A DNA stretch of 64,000 nt from Camelus ferus (Eukaryota). Positions 25,023-38,129 of this stretch are shown piece by piece. The number at the start of each line of letters is the position of its first letter. Positions within the stretch are counted from its first letter, which is position 1. Both the position numbers and the translations under genes were made by a program. The stretch lies in the NCBI RefSeq assembly GCF_009834535.1, contig NC_045696.1:114330001-114394000 (forward strand), given 5' to 3'. The notes beneath the pieces were generated by a model. That model had not been told where the DNA came from and did not search any database. It saw only the letters and a program-made list of their open reading frames with translations.

Positions 25023-25679
25023 GGGGATCATGTCAACTTTGAAAGCAAGTGACAGGGGCCTTTAAGAAGGGGGACTCATAAAGAAAGCACAGGCCTAAGG
25101 TCCAGCTCAATTTATCAAATAACAACATATCTTCACAGAATGCCTACTATGTGCTTCAATTATGAAGTTCATAGTGCATAAGTTTGAATAAGTTGGTCAT
25201 TGATTTTGTCATGGAGCAAAGATTCTCATGAAGGTCACAGAATGCTTTTGTTCTGTACATTGCCTTTTATTTCCTGTCTTTACTAAACGATTAATCATGT
25301 GACTCATACAAGTATCTGGTAGTGGAAACTGACTCTCCCTGGAACCCTCACCCAGGAAACACTAGGTTCTAAGTGTTCAAAGGTAGAGTAGTTTTGAGAA
25401 CCACAAAGGCGTATGAAGAATGGACTGGAGTCGTTCATTTAATGGCTCTAAAACCTTATTCGTGAATTGAATAGCAGATTATTTTTAATTAAGGAAATTG
25501 CTTTTTGAACTTCTGCTCCTTCTCTTATAAATTTGAAATGAAGGAGCCAGTTGTAACCACATACTTTAACGTGTTTGTAAATTATATGTCATTGGCAAGC
25601 CATTTTAGGATACAAATGACTTCATTTTCATTCAAAAGAGGCCTAAATGGGCATGATAATGATAATGGTAATGATAGTA

Positions 25680-25915
25680 GTTAAAATTTATTGAGGGCTT
25701 ATTCTGTGCCAGGCACTGTGTCAGCTGTTTTGTTGTTTTCTGTATATTAATATTAATCCTTACAACAGTTTGCAAAAAAAGTTTTTTTTTATTCCTTTTA
25801 CCTCTGTTTTACAGATGATGACACTGACAGAGACACAAAGTGTTTACAGTCATATAGCTTGTTTCAGAGCAGAAATGAGAACCCAGGTCATTCTGATGTC
25901 AAAGCCTGAGTTTAT
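25680..25915 (-). mobile_element. MIR SINE
   Basis: tttattgagggcttattctgtgccaggcactg..ttttacagatgatgacactga. Confidence 0.75.
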
Positions 25916-26409
25916 TTCACAGCATGGTGAATAGATTGGCAGGTCCTGAAATGCCAGTTCCTTATATTCTCTGGTGTTTCCACTGATGTCTGCTGTATGC
26001 TTCTCTACTGAAGGAAATTTATCTTTGAATCTATACTGTGCTGTTGATATTTTTCATATACCATTTATGAGAATTACTGTTATTGAAAATCCTTACAACT
26101 CCTGATTGTTCTCTGTAGCCTGTGCTCCTTAGAAAAGAAAAATCAGTATGCTAATTGCCTCATGGTGAAGTTTAATTGACAAATAGGTAGTTTAAAAAAA
26201 AAAAATGGTCTGGGCCATTTTCCAGGTGCACTTAAGTCTGTGTTAGTGCCTCACTGACTTGAGAATACCTGAATCCTGCTTCCTGCAGGTGGCTGCTTAT
26301 AACAAATTCAGGAAGGAGATGCTCTTAGGCAATTTTATCACATCAATTCTCTCTTCAAAATTCCTTGTGGCTCCTCATTGCATTTTGAAGAAAATCTAAA
26401 CAAGGGTGT

Positions 26410-27000
26410 TCAGAGGCTGCTTGCTGTGCACCAAAACCCATTTCCTTTTCTTCCCAGACACACAGCTGGACTATATTTCCCAGCCTTCTTTGGAATTAGG
26501 AGTGGCCATGTAACTGAGTTCTAGCCAATGGAAAGAGAGCAGAAGTGATATAAGTCATTTTGGGGTAAGACTTTTAAGAAGGGGCTGAGGCACCTTTATA
26601 TAACTTTTCTCTTTGTGACTGCTGCATACAGAAGACAACGAGGCCCCAAGGCAGGAGTTGCCAAGCTTTTTCTGGAAAGGACCAGATAGTAAATATTTTA
26701 GGCTTTGTGGAATGGTCTCTTTTTTTTTTTTTTTTTAAGTTTTTTGGAACTCTTTAAAAATGTAAAAGTCATTCTTAGCTCACTGAAGTACCAAACCAGA
26801 TTGTATCCCACCCTTAGGGGTTGGTGGAGCCACAAGGTGGAAGGAGCCTGGGTCCTTGAATTACTATGTCAGGAGAGGTACCCACCAAGCTAGGTTTCTG
26901 CTGGAAATTGTTAGATGAATGGAAAATGAGCATTTACTGTGTTCGAGCCATTATGTACATTGGGACTTATAACCACAGCCTACTTTATTACAACCAACTT
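26410..27000 (+). mobile_element. MLT1I/J-like MaLR LTR interrupted by a MER58-like MITE (~26652-26812)
   Basis: actatatttcccagcctt..ggccatgtaactgagttctagccaatggaa; insert ccagatagtaaatattttaggctttgtgg. Confidence 0.75.
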
Positions 27001-27469
27001 ATCCACACACACATTTCCCCACTTTTTTTTTTTTAATGCTTTATACATGTTGGCCAAACTGGAATACCACCTATTTCTTCAGCACATAATCTAAGTTCTT
27101 ATTGTTATGGATTTATTTATATAATTTCCTACTGGGTGTAAAGTTGCTTCATTATATCCCTGTTTTACGAACTCCTTCTTTTCCTAAAAGACCTGTCTCA
27201 AATGCTACCTCCTCTAAGAAGTGTTTGCTTGAACTGGCAGAAATGCTACTTTGTTGTTTTGGGCTTCCATATTTTTTTTTAAGTGTCTAACAGGTATTAT
27301 GGCTTCTGCTTAATTTGATAGTCATTTATGTCCTTGACTTTATCTTCTCTACCACAGTGCCAGTTTCAAGAGGCCATCTTGGATAGACCTGCCATATGAA
27401 ACATGGCACATAAAATGCCATCTCACTCAGGGGGTAGGATGCATAACCAAGTCTTCAGGCAAAAATTGT

Positions 27470-27760
27470 GCACAGTCAAAATGTCCTAGATTAATCCTCT
27501 AACCAGGCAATAATGTGCACTGATGAGTTTAAGGGCCATATGAACAAAAATATTTTATTTAAAAGATTAGGTGATACTCATGGCAAAAAGATGCTCAAAT
27601 GTGGAGGAAAATGGAACCAGTTGCTCCCTCTGAGGCCGTATGCTCACTGAGTGGAAAGGCAAGTGGGAGAGCTGGCTCTCTTTATATAGGGATTCTTGTT
27701 TCTTGCTGAATATATAGTTTTGAATTCACCAAATTTAAATATCCACAGTGGCAGAACTTC
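27470..27760 (-). mobile_element. Possible ancient LTR fragment
   Basis: Minus-strand TATATAAA (~27681) lies about 130 nt upstream of AATAAA (~27555); family not recognised. Confidence 0.3.
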
Positions 27761-28419
27761 AGCAAATTTGTGACTTCGTTAAATGATTTAACCATATGTT
27801 TTCTTCTTATAATAGCTATTTTGGGGAGAGTCATTTCTGTAGGCAACTTCTCTTAAGGAGGGGGAAGAAAGAGGCTGCTGGCTTTGCCCTTGAACTTCTG
27901 AGCCAGAGTAGTGTCCTGCAGGGTAACTCCTGGGTAAACTCCAAGGGAGGGTGTCTCCTGGGCTCTGTGCCTGTCCCTGCTGGGGAAAACACTGATCAAC
28001 CGAAAGGAGAAGAAAAAGCCAAGTTCAAACCAAGCATTTCTGTGTCTCTCTATAGGTACAATGGAGAAGATGTTGAAACAATGCTCTGTACGTGCTCCTT
28101 TTGAATCAAGCCATTTCTTTTAAGGTTAGTTAATACTGTTCACACAGATTTCTATAGCCGTTGCCAAGGATGTGGTGAGAACTGAAAGGGACCTACCTTG
28201 GGGACCATCAGTTCCGAGCCCTTTAGTTTATTTCTCCTCTGTGCATGTTGTAGAAGGGAAAATTTGAGCTTCCCTAAACTCGTGGAATCATTAGCCCCAG
28301 AGACTGGGCATAGAGGATGAACAAAAATGCCTGAGGGTTGCTGACTGCATTGTCCTCAGACCAACCCTCTCAGGCCAGGTGCAGTGATTTCTCCATTTTA
28401 AAGTTTTTAATACCCTCAA

Positions 28420-28605
28420 TCACATCATCCAGTAGAACTTTCTGAAATGATGGAAATGTTGTGCATCTGTGCTGTTCATTATGGTAACCAATAGCCTCAT
28501 GTCCTCCTGAGCACTTGAAATGTGGCGAGTGCAAATTGAGATTTCCTGGGATTTCAATGACTTAGCATAAAAAATGTCAAGTATCTCATTAATAATTATT
28601 TTATT
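28420..28605. mobile_element. MER3/MER33-like hAT MITE
   Basis: tccagtagaactttctgaaatgatggaaatgtt..gagcacttgaaatgtggc. Confidence 0.75.
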
Positions 28606-28611
28606 CATTGA

Positions 28612-29542
28612 TTGATTTATTGATGTACAGTCAGTTACAATGTGTCAATTTCTGGTATACAGCATAATAGTTCAGTCATACATACACATACATATATTCA
28701 TTTTCATATCCTTTTTTGTTATAGGTTACTACAAGATAGTGAATATGGTTCCTTGTGCTATTAACTTGTTGTTTTTTTAACATTTTTATTGATTTATAAT
28801 CATTTTACAATGTTGTGTCAAATTCCAGTGTAGAGCACAATTTTTCAGTTATACATGAACATATATATATTCATTGTCACATTTTTTTCTCTGTGAGCTA
28901 CTGCAAGATCTTGTGTATATTTCCCTGTGCTATACAGTATAATCTTGCTTATCTATTATACAATTTTAAAATCCTGTCTATCCCTTCCCACCCTCCACCC
29001 CCTTGGCAACCACAAGTTTGTATTCTATGTCTATGAGTCTATTTCTGTTTTGTATTTATGCTTTTGTTTTTGTTTTTGTTTTTTAGATTCCACATATGAG
29101 CGATCTCATATGGTATTTTTCTTTCTCTTTCTGACTTACTCCACTTAGAATGACATTCTCTAGGAGCAACCATATTGCTGCAAATGGTGTTATGTTGTCA
29201 GTTTTTAAGGCTGAATAGTATTCCACTGTATAAATATACCACCTATTCTTTATCCAGTCATCCGTTGATGGACATTTAGACTGTTTCCATGTCTTGGCTG
29301 TTTTGTAAATAGTGCTGCTATGAACATTGGGGTGCAGGTGTCATCCTGAAGTAGGGTTCCTTCTGGGTATAAGCCCAGGAGCAGGATTCCCGGGTCATAT
29401 GGTAAGTCTATTCCTAGTCTTAACTTGTTGTTAATCTATTTTGTATATAGTAGTTAGTATCTGCAAATGTTGAACTCCCCATTTATCTCTTCCCACTCCT
29501 TTTCTTCCCTGGTAACAATAAGTTTGTTTAGTATGTCTGTGT
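28612..29542 (-). mobile_element. L1 3' end (outer) containing a nested younger L1 3' end at 28774-29419
   Basis: 13-bp TSD ttaacttgttgtt at 28761-28773 and 29420-29432; the outer element resumes with aatctattttgtatatagtag. Confidence 0.9.
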
Positions 29543-30354
29543 TACTATGTTAATGGAACTATTTTGAAAATTTCATTAAAGTACATACTTTATTATGTTG
29601 GTGAACCATTTAGATGTGCTGACAGCTATGGGGAGTACAGACATCTAAATATTGCTTTTCTGTGACATGAGCATTTCTTAGGTATGGATTCTTTGAAGCT
29701 ATTGATTTTTCTGGCTCCTTAAAATCTCAGATATTTAACCTAGGATATCTGCCAAGTGATGGGAAAAATTAATATAATTCAGATAAGGAAGTTACTGAAA
29801 ATGCATGCATCTGTTTTTAAAAAGTAGAAAACCATACATTTGGGGATAAACTGAGTTAAACAAGAAATATGATAAAAGATCTTTTTTGGATCAAGTTATC
29901 CTGCAAATTTTCTCCTTTTCCCACTTCCTATTGAGGGTTTGGATGGAAAGTCATTCTGATCCATGGGGAATGGAAAGCTTCTCCTGTTTTCTTTTCAGTG
30001 TTCTCCAAGGTATTCAGGTAGGATCTTGTCTTTTGAAAAAATCTCTTTTCCTGCCAACTTTACTACCAGAAGTAGTCTCCCAGGACTACAAGAGATAGTC
30101 TGAATGTTGCAGGTAAAAACAAATCCAATTTCTTGGATCATGCCCATGGATATAGAAAGTGCCTCTGGGAAGAGCACAGTTGGCTGTTTTATCCATTATT
30201 CCCAGAGAGGAATGGCAAGACCAGTGCTGTCTGGTTGTGTGCAAAGGATGAGCTGGAATGCTTATTATTAGCTGGTCTTTGTAAAGCATCTTATTCAAAC
30301 CTCTTGTGGACATCTTTGTCTTTTAACAATCTGAGAAAGATGGTGGAGTTAATA

Positions 30355-30493
30355 CTATGTTCAATGTCTTGTAATAACCTTTAATGGAAAAAATACGAAA
30401 ACGAATATATGTCTGTACATGCATATCTGGGACATTGTGCTGTACACCAGAGATTGACACATTGTAATTGACTGTATTTCAATTAAAAAAAAT
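30355..30493 (+). mobile_element. Short L1 3' end
   Basis: gctgtacaccagagattgacacattgtaattgactgtatttcaattaaaaaaaa. Confidence 0.85.
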
Positions 30494-31059
30494 AGTACTG
30501 GGCTAGAGTCAAGGATAAATGCACATGATGTTATAAAATTAGGCTCTGGCACATAGTAATGATAATAAATGCTAATTTGGGGTTTCCTTTCTCTTTCTTC
30601 TTGTTGGGGGTAGGAAGTGTTTACCTGCTTATTGTGACCTTAAAATCTATGTCTCATCCACCCCACCACTCATCTTTTACCACAGAATGTGGTTTTTATT
30701 ATTTTTAAGCTAGCTTTGCCTTTACATGTTACTGTGCTCTCGCAAGCTTGAAGAATCCCTGTTGGGATGACAAAACTATAGCACAGTACCAGTAAATTAC
30801 AGCCAAACAGGGACACTCGAATAGCAGAATGCCAGTATTTTCTTGTTAGAAAAGCACACCTATTGAGAGTTACATGGACCTTAGAAATGTATTACACTGG
30901 ATCAAGAGATTCTTTTGCCCAAGACCTATTCAGAGCAATATATTTGATAGTCCCATTAATGGGATGAGTCAGTATTCCCAGATCTGTGGTGCATGAAGGA
31001 GTCAGAAGGAGTCAAGACATGACAGCGTGAAAGATTCAGTCTTTCGGTTATATACTTTC

Positions 31060-31232
31060 AACTAGATGTCCTCAAACTGGAATCATCTGAAGAACGTAAA
31101 GAGATACAGATTTTGGTCAGCAACCTGAGGGTTCTGAGATGGGTTAGTATGGAGACTGGGAATACATGCACACACTCACACACACAAACACACACACTCA
31201 CACACACACATTCCATATGATTCTGATAAACT
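31060..31232. mobile_element. MER5-like MITE with an imperfect (CA)n at ~31168-31210
   Basis: tcctcaaactggaatcatctgaagaac..gattctgat. Confidence 0.55.
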
Positions 31233-31350
31233 AAGGGCATTTCATAAAATCATGACAAGTGTCATTAAAAATATAAAGCACTCTTACTATATTTACAGGT
31301 GTGAGAGCAATGCCTTTTCTGTCTACTTTGAGTCACAACACATTATTTTG

Positions 31351-31877
31351 TTTATGTATTTTTTCCACTGGAGGTTATTACAAGATGTTGAACATAGTTC
31401 CCTGTGCTATACAGAAGAAACTTTTTAAAAATCTATTTTTATATATAGTGGCTAACATTTGTAAATCTCAAACTCCCAAATTTATCCCTTCCCACCCCCT
31501 TTCCCTGGTAACCATAGATTGTTCACTATGTCTATGAGTGTTTCTGTTTTATAGGTGAATTCATAGTGTCCTTTTTTTTTTTTTTAGATTTCACATATGA
31601 GTGATATCATATGGTATTTTTCTTTCTCTTTCTGGCTCACTTCACTTAGAATGACATTCTCCAGTTTCATCCATGTTGCTGTAAATGGCATTATTTTATT
31701 CTTTTTATGGCTGAGTAGTATTCCATTGTGTAAATATACAACTTCTTTATCCAGTCGTCTGTCCATGGACATTTAGACGGTTTTCATGTCTTGGCTATTG
31801 TATATAGGGCTGCTATGAACATTGGGGTGCCTGTATCTTTTTGCATTTCAGTTCCCTCAGGATATATACCCAGAAGG
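31351..31877 (-). mobile_element. Young L1 3' region lacking the terminal ~100 nt
   Basis: TSD acaacacattattttg (31335-31350) / acaatacattattttg (31878-31893). Confidence 0.85.
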
Positions 31878-33582
31878 ACAATACATTATTTTGATTATTT
31901 ATAGAATTGTGGTTGCTCATTCAAAGAACTGAATTATCTTTTTTTGAAAAAAATTATAAATATACAAATGATTTTTTTTTTCATTTTTTAAATGGGTGTG
32001 GAGGAGGTTTTTTTCCCCTCCTGCCTCAGGATTTCTTCCTGTTTATGTTAAATTCCTCATATTAATCATCTTGAATCCTGCCCTTTTGATTGCTTAGCTG
32101 GAAGTGAAGTCTCTGAACTTCTGCTCTGGGCGAAAGTGAGTCTCCTTTCAGCCATGACTGTGAGATGAGCAGCTTGCATCAAGAGAAACAGGTCACGGTG
32201 AACTAGGTGCTTCTTTGTACTTGCTGCGAAGCCCGAAGACCAGGTTTCTTGCTTTTTTGAAGTTTTCCTGCTCTCCTGATTTGGAGGAAAAGAGGATCAC
32301 CGGGGGCTAAGTATCCTGACTTCCGTGGGTTTACTCTTAGGTGCCTCTTCATGAAACAGCTGCTACTCTATAGCTCTTGGTGCCGCAGCCTCGCATTTTA
32401 AATCCGTTTTACGGGAAGCTTTCTCCTAGTTCTCAATCAGGGATGATTATTTGTCAAGCACTGGAGTGAAGCCGCCCAGGTCCCAGATCATTTTAAAAAG
32501 AACAACATGAAACGACATTTTTCAAGTGTTCAAAGTGCTGCTCCAAGGAGAAGGATGACTCCACTTGGGAGAAGGTAGTGGGTGAAAAGCAGATAGAATA
32601 TTCTCCTGGAGGGAAAAAAAAAACAAAAAACAAAAAACGACTCTTTGTAACGGAGGAACTCTCCACATCCAACTGGGACTTCAAGTGAGGAGTACAAAAC
32701 AAAATGCTGTGTGGTGGCTTTTTCAAAATTTGGTTCAGAAATGTGAAAATATTTTCTGCTTAAAAAGATGAAATATGACTGCATTAGAGGACTCTGCATG
32801 TAATTACAGTCTTGTCATCTCGAAATGAATCTGGAGGTTTTCCTGATCTGGAATGGTTGAAAGAAAAACACCGAAGCTAAGAAACATGTTTTAGCAGTAG
32901 ATAATTTCAAAAATTTAGAAAAGTAACTTCAGTTTTTTTCTCCCCACTGGTAAGTTAATATCCTGATACCGTGGATTTAGTTGAAGGGGAATACATTATG
33001 AAAGCTTAACAAAGTTACCTTGACTTTGAAAGTTGACTTTCTAAGGTGAAAACGAATTCCCTTGGGTCTGGGCTTGCTTGCAGAGTCAGCTAGTACGAAG
33101 CAGCTGGTGACTACACATCTTAGCTGGATAATGCACTTAGAAGGCGATCAATAAACCTGACTTTGAGAAATGCAGCTCTTTCCCCCCTCCCTCTCTTGAC
33201 CAAATAAATAAGTTAAAAAAATGTGCCTTTTGGCAAGCAAGATGCAAATAATTCTTTTTGGTATTACATTAATTCATTTTAACATGGAGGTTGCTGATAC
33301 AAGGGAACGTTATAATTTGCCTTTAGATGTTTACATATTTGTTGGGATATTATGAGACTTCGAGTCTGTTAGTGCAACTTTCAAAAGGGTGATTGAACGT
33401 GGAGATTTCTTTCTAATTTTGTCCACTTTTTCTCCTTCTGAAAATCTGGAGGTTCCTTTTTCACTTTTCTGTCAAACTGTGGGTCTTTCCTGATGCACTA
33501 TGGTCTCAATGATCCTATTTGATGGTTTGAATGTTGATGATCATGCTTAAAAAAAAGGGAGCAACTAGATTTTCTTTTAAAA

Positions 33583-34061
33583 ATTTATTTATGTATTTAT
33601 TTATTTATTTGGCATGTAGTCAGTTTACAGTGTTGCATCAATTTCTGGTGTACAGCATAATGTTTCAGTCACACATATACATACATGTATCCCTTTTCAT
33701 ATTCTTTTTCATTATGGATTATTACAAGATATTGAATATAGTTCCCTGTGATGTACAGTAGGACCTAGCTATTTATTTTATAAATAGTAGTTAGTATCTG
33801 CAAATCTCAAGCTCCCAGTTTATCCCTTCCCACCCACTTTCCCCACTGGTAACCACAAGTTTGTTTTCTATGTCTGTGGGTCTGTTTCTGTTCTGTAAAT
33901 AAGTCTAATTGTGTCATTTTTTTAGATCCCACATGTAAGTTATATCACATGTTTTCCTTTCTCTTTCTGGCTTACTTCACTTCAAATGACAATCTTCAGG
34001 TCCATCCATGTTGCTGCAAATGACATTATTTTATTCTTTTTTATGGCTGAGTAGTATTCCA

Positions 34062-34062
<1 letters not shown>
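33583..34062 (-). mobile_element. L1 3' end
   Basis: (TTTA)n tail + tagtcagtttacagtgttgcatcaatttctggtgtacagc..ggctgagtagtattcc. Confidence 0.9.
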
Positions 34063-34126
<64 letters not shown>

Positions 34127-34138
34127 GACAGACACAGA
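34063..34138. repeat. (CA)~30(CAGA)n microsatellite
   Basis: Direct observation. Confidence 0.97.
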
Positions 34139-34139
34139 G

Positions 34140-34368
34140 TTTATTGTGGGTTTACTCTATGCTAAACGATTTTCATAGATTATCTCTTTAAGCCTGATCA
34201 TAACTCTACTAGTTAGGAACTATCATTATCCACATTTACAGGGGATAAATTGCAGGCTCAAGAAAATGAAATAAGCTAACTGAGTTTGTGCAGGACAAGA
34301 TGGACTCAAGTTGGACTTGAGTTCCTGTAGGTGGACTCCAGTGGTAGTGGTCTTAACTACTGCATTGT
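34140..34368 (-). mobile_element. MIR SINE
   Basis: ctatcattatccacatttacaggggataaattgcaggctcaag. Confidence 0.65.
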
Positions 34369-34844
34369 CCCAGAGTTTTGAATTAGTGTGTTATATAATC
34401 TTTTATTGCATTTTGCTCCATTGCATTTGAGCACAGTAACTGGGATGAGGCTGAGTGGGCTTTTGCCAGCTCCAGGATCAGCATTAATGAGAGGATAAGG
34501 GTGAGCGGTAATGACTACAAAGCCAGGCTTAGCAATGCTGGCTTCTGCTTACTTTGCAATTAGGATGCTTGTTTGAAAATTATTGGTGAAGAGCTTGGAA
34601 ATAACTGTTCTCTGATGCAGGCAAATTCCCCTCCCATCTAGTTTGTAGCACTGATTAGCTTAGCAGGACCATTGTGGCTATAGAACAAGGGATCAAATTC
34701 AGCTCAGTCTCAACCCAAAGAGTGAGCTAGTTAAATCTCAATGACAACACTGCCTGACTTTTAAGAGTATTTGAGGTGAAACTTTGAGTAAATCACTATG
34801 ATTATTTAAGGATACCTATTGATTTCCTATTTGTGCTCTGTTTT

Positions 34845-35563
34845 CTTCCTTTTTAAAAAAATTTTTTTTCAAATATAGTTGACTTATAATGTTAGTTTCA
34901 GATGTACAACAAAGCAATTCAGTTATACACATACATACATATATATTTTCAGATTCTTTTCCCCTTATATGTTATTATAAGAAATTGAATATAGTTTCCT
35001 GTATTATACAGTAGGTCCTTGTTGTTTATCTATTTTATATATAGTAATGTGTTTCTGTTAATCCCAAACTCTTAATTTATCCCTCCTCAGCCTTTCCCCT
35101 TTGGGAGCCATAGTTTATTTTCTATGTGAGTCTATTTTTGGTTTGTAAATAAAATTTGTATCATTTTTTAGATTCCACCTGTAAGTGATATCATATGCTC
35201 CTTGTCTTTCTTTGTCTGACTTACTTCACTTAATATGATCATCTCTAGGTCCATCCATGTTGCTGCAAATGGCATTATTTCATTCTTTTTTATGGCTGAG
35301 TAGTAGTCCATTGTATATATATATATCTTCCTTATCTAATCATCTGTCGATGGACATTCAGTTTGCTTCCAATTCTTGGCTATTGTAAATAGTGCTGCTA
35401 TGAACACTGGGGTGCATGTGTCCTTTTGAATTACAGTTTTCTCCAGATATATGCCCAGGAGTGGGATTGCTGGATCATTTAGTAAGTCTATTTTTAGTTT
35501 TTTAGGGAACCTCCATATTGGCTGCACCAATTCACATTCCTATCAACAATGTAGGAGGGTTCC
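34845..35563 (-). mobile_element. L1 3' end incl. ORF2 C-terminal remnant
   Basis: ORF 35336-35530(-) [27 protein letters not shown]; imperfect TSD tttgtgctctgttt / tttgtgccccgttt. Confidence 0.9.
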
Positions 35564-35739
35564 TTTGTGCCCCGTTTCATACCTTCATCACCATGGCTAC
35601 CCCACTGTAATAATCACCAGCATCATCATCTCGCCATAATGTTCTACTAGAAGGTTGACTTCATACGTGCAGGAAAAGTGTAATGCTTGACATAGCGCGG
35701 GTACTCAATAAATGTCTGTTAAAGAAAGGAGGCTGTCGA

Positions 35740-35945
35740 GTACCTCTTACGCGATGATCACTGTGCTTTCAAGATCGTGCTTAATCATCACCACCCACCT
35801 GTGAATAGGCCTGTGACTAATCCCATTTTACAAGTGAGGAAACTGAGGCACAGAGAAAGTAAGCAACTTGTTCAAGTTCACTCGGCTAGTAAGTGGGAGA
35901 ACTGGGCTTGGTCCCAGTCCTGTTGGACTGCAGAGCCCATGATGC
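35740..35945 (-). mobile_element. MIR SINE
   Basis: cccattttacaagtgaggaaactgaggcacagagaaagtaagcaacttgttcaag. Confidence 0.85.
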
Positions 35946-38072
35946 TGTGTTCCTCAGCATCACCATCATACAGATCATCTTCCTTCATCCTGTCTCCCTT
36001 CTAGAAAGCCTTCTAGAAAGCCTAGCTTACACTCAGTTGATCTGGGTACCGCGAAGAAAAATGAGGGTCCAGCAGTACTAATATGAATAAGCAGATAAAA
36101 GCAAGACTAACCTCTGTGTTTTAAAAGCCTTTAACATCTCTACTCTGAGAGTGATCTGCCTTGATAAACACAAGCAGTAGCTTGAAAATCTTCCCCTTGG
36201 GCATGATTCCAGTGCTGTTTCTGAGAAATTTTGCTGCGAAAGGAGATCAGTAGTGGTGAACTCCTTTGGGAAGATTTTCACAGACAGAACAGTTTCATCA
36301 GAGGAAGTCTCAGAGGTGTAGACAGTAAACCGTGTCTCCTGAAAGATGCAGAGTGGAGAAGAGTCTATTACTGCTTGAGGACACTGGAAACGAATCCCCT
36401 GGCAATTTCACGGGAGCTCTTTTACTGTAGCCACGTTCACATGTATCTGTGTTTCATTTTCTCCTGTAAAATTAAACTCTTTGGACTCACATATATATCG
36501 GCTCTGATTCTAGAGGAGTGGCCAGGCTGCCTTTTCTCACCTAATTAAAAAGAATTTGTAGGTGTTAAGGAAATAGTTTTATTTAATCATCATGGTTACT
36601 GACCCCATTAGCCAGGGAATGCTAGCTTCCTTAAAACTCTACTGCAACTTTGCACCCCTTGGGTTTTAGTTTTGCAGAGATGTTCTTACGTCCTTAAACT
36701 CTCTTATGGGTGTAAAAGTTGTAGGGGAACCACTGAAGTTGTAGAAGTTTCTGAAAACACGTGGTTTCAATACTACATATTTTCCCAGGGTGCGTACACA
36801 TGACTTCTCTTCTCATGTATTTACTGACTGAATTCCGGCAGCTATGTAATGCATTGGGCAGAGATTATTTGGGTCTCTCATTGAAACTGTATTTATTTAG
36901 ACTGACAGAAAAGGAAGAAAGTCTGTATTGTGAAGGAAATGAAGTGACACCCTGAATTGGGTTTAGAAACCTGGGCTTATCTTCAATAGATGGTACGTAA
37001 AGGAAGAACAGAAGGTAATTCTTTGTTCCTCAGCGGCCGTGAGCCAACGTCTTCAGTGCTAGGTATGTACTATTTAATCACCCATCTGGACTCTCATAGC
37101 TGACTCAGAGTTTTGTAGTTTTCCGAAGGTGAGCTCTCATTGATAGCTGTCATTTCCCTTCATTGAGGCAGTGGACATTTTCATAAAATACTTTCTGGAT
37201 GTTAAGTATTTGTGTAATCGTCTGTCTCCCGTCTCCTACCAAATTTAGATGTTCTAGGTGGAAGAGCTGAGCTTCTGTGGTCTCCCCACTGCTGGGGCCT
37301 GGCACTGGGTCTGGGACCCAGAAGAAACTCAGCGGGTCTGAAGTGAGGTGACCCAGGAGCAGCGCCAGAAGTGGGGGTTCTTGTGCAGGTGAGTTTTGGA
37401 GGCGTGCTCTCTGGGGAAGGGGAGTGAGGGAAGGAGGGAAGCAAGCCGGAGCTCCTCGGCTGGGGACGAGCTTCAGCATCTTCCCACGTGGCGCAAATTG
37501 CACCTGAAGTTAAGGGGCCTAGTTCTTTGCATCTCCACGTTATTCCAAGGCCTGGGCTACCCTGGGGGGTGAGATTTACATAACCTTCTGGACGCCATCC
37601 CTCCTCTTCTGCTGAGAGCAATTCTTTAATACTTTGCCAGTGGCTCTGGGGAAAAAAAAGGACCATTCTGCTCGATGTCTCTGCTTTGTTTTTTGTATTA
37701 TATCGCTGGCTGCTTTCTGCTTGTTCATAACTTCTGCTGCTGCTGGCTTTTTAAAAAATTTTTCTTGAATGCTTCTTGGACTCTGTTCTTTATTCTACAC
37801 TCCTCATTCTTTTAAACACACTTTTAGTCACTAAAGGAATAAAATGAATTTGCATAGCTCAGGGCCTGGTAATCGAGTTTTTCATATAATGTAGGGTTGA
37901 AACCAACAGAGAGTTTTCTGTTAAAACTCATTACTAACTGACAGCTTGGTGTGAAATGTGAATTATGTTAGTAATTGATTCCCGAATGGTTGTGTGGTTT
38001 TTATTTATTTACATTTTTAATAGTGGAGGGTAGTTTTCCATGATGTAACTTTTGGCTGTCTCATCACTAACC

Positions 38073-38075
<3 letters not shown>

Positions 38076-38125
<50 letters not shown>
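38076..38125. repeat. (CA)~25 microsatellite
   Basis: Direct observation. Confidence 0.97.

Positions 38126-38129
<4 letters not shown>

Noticed and set aside
27520..27550. ctgatga hammerhead-like core
   Set aside because: No stem II pairing and no GAAA box downstream.
29975..30025. Strong acceptor with nearby donors (11- or 19-nt microexon); similar case at 55410-55455
   Set aside because: Ambiguous boundaries and no supporting frame or context.
35997..36023. Short tandem duplications (also ~915-940, 13302-13322, 55732-55757, 61008-61043)
   Set aside because: Ordinary 11-13 bp slippage duplications; not CRISPR-like, no spacers.
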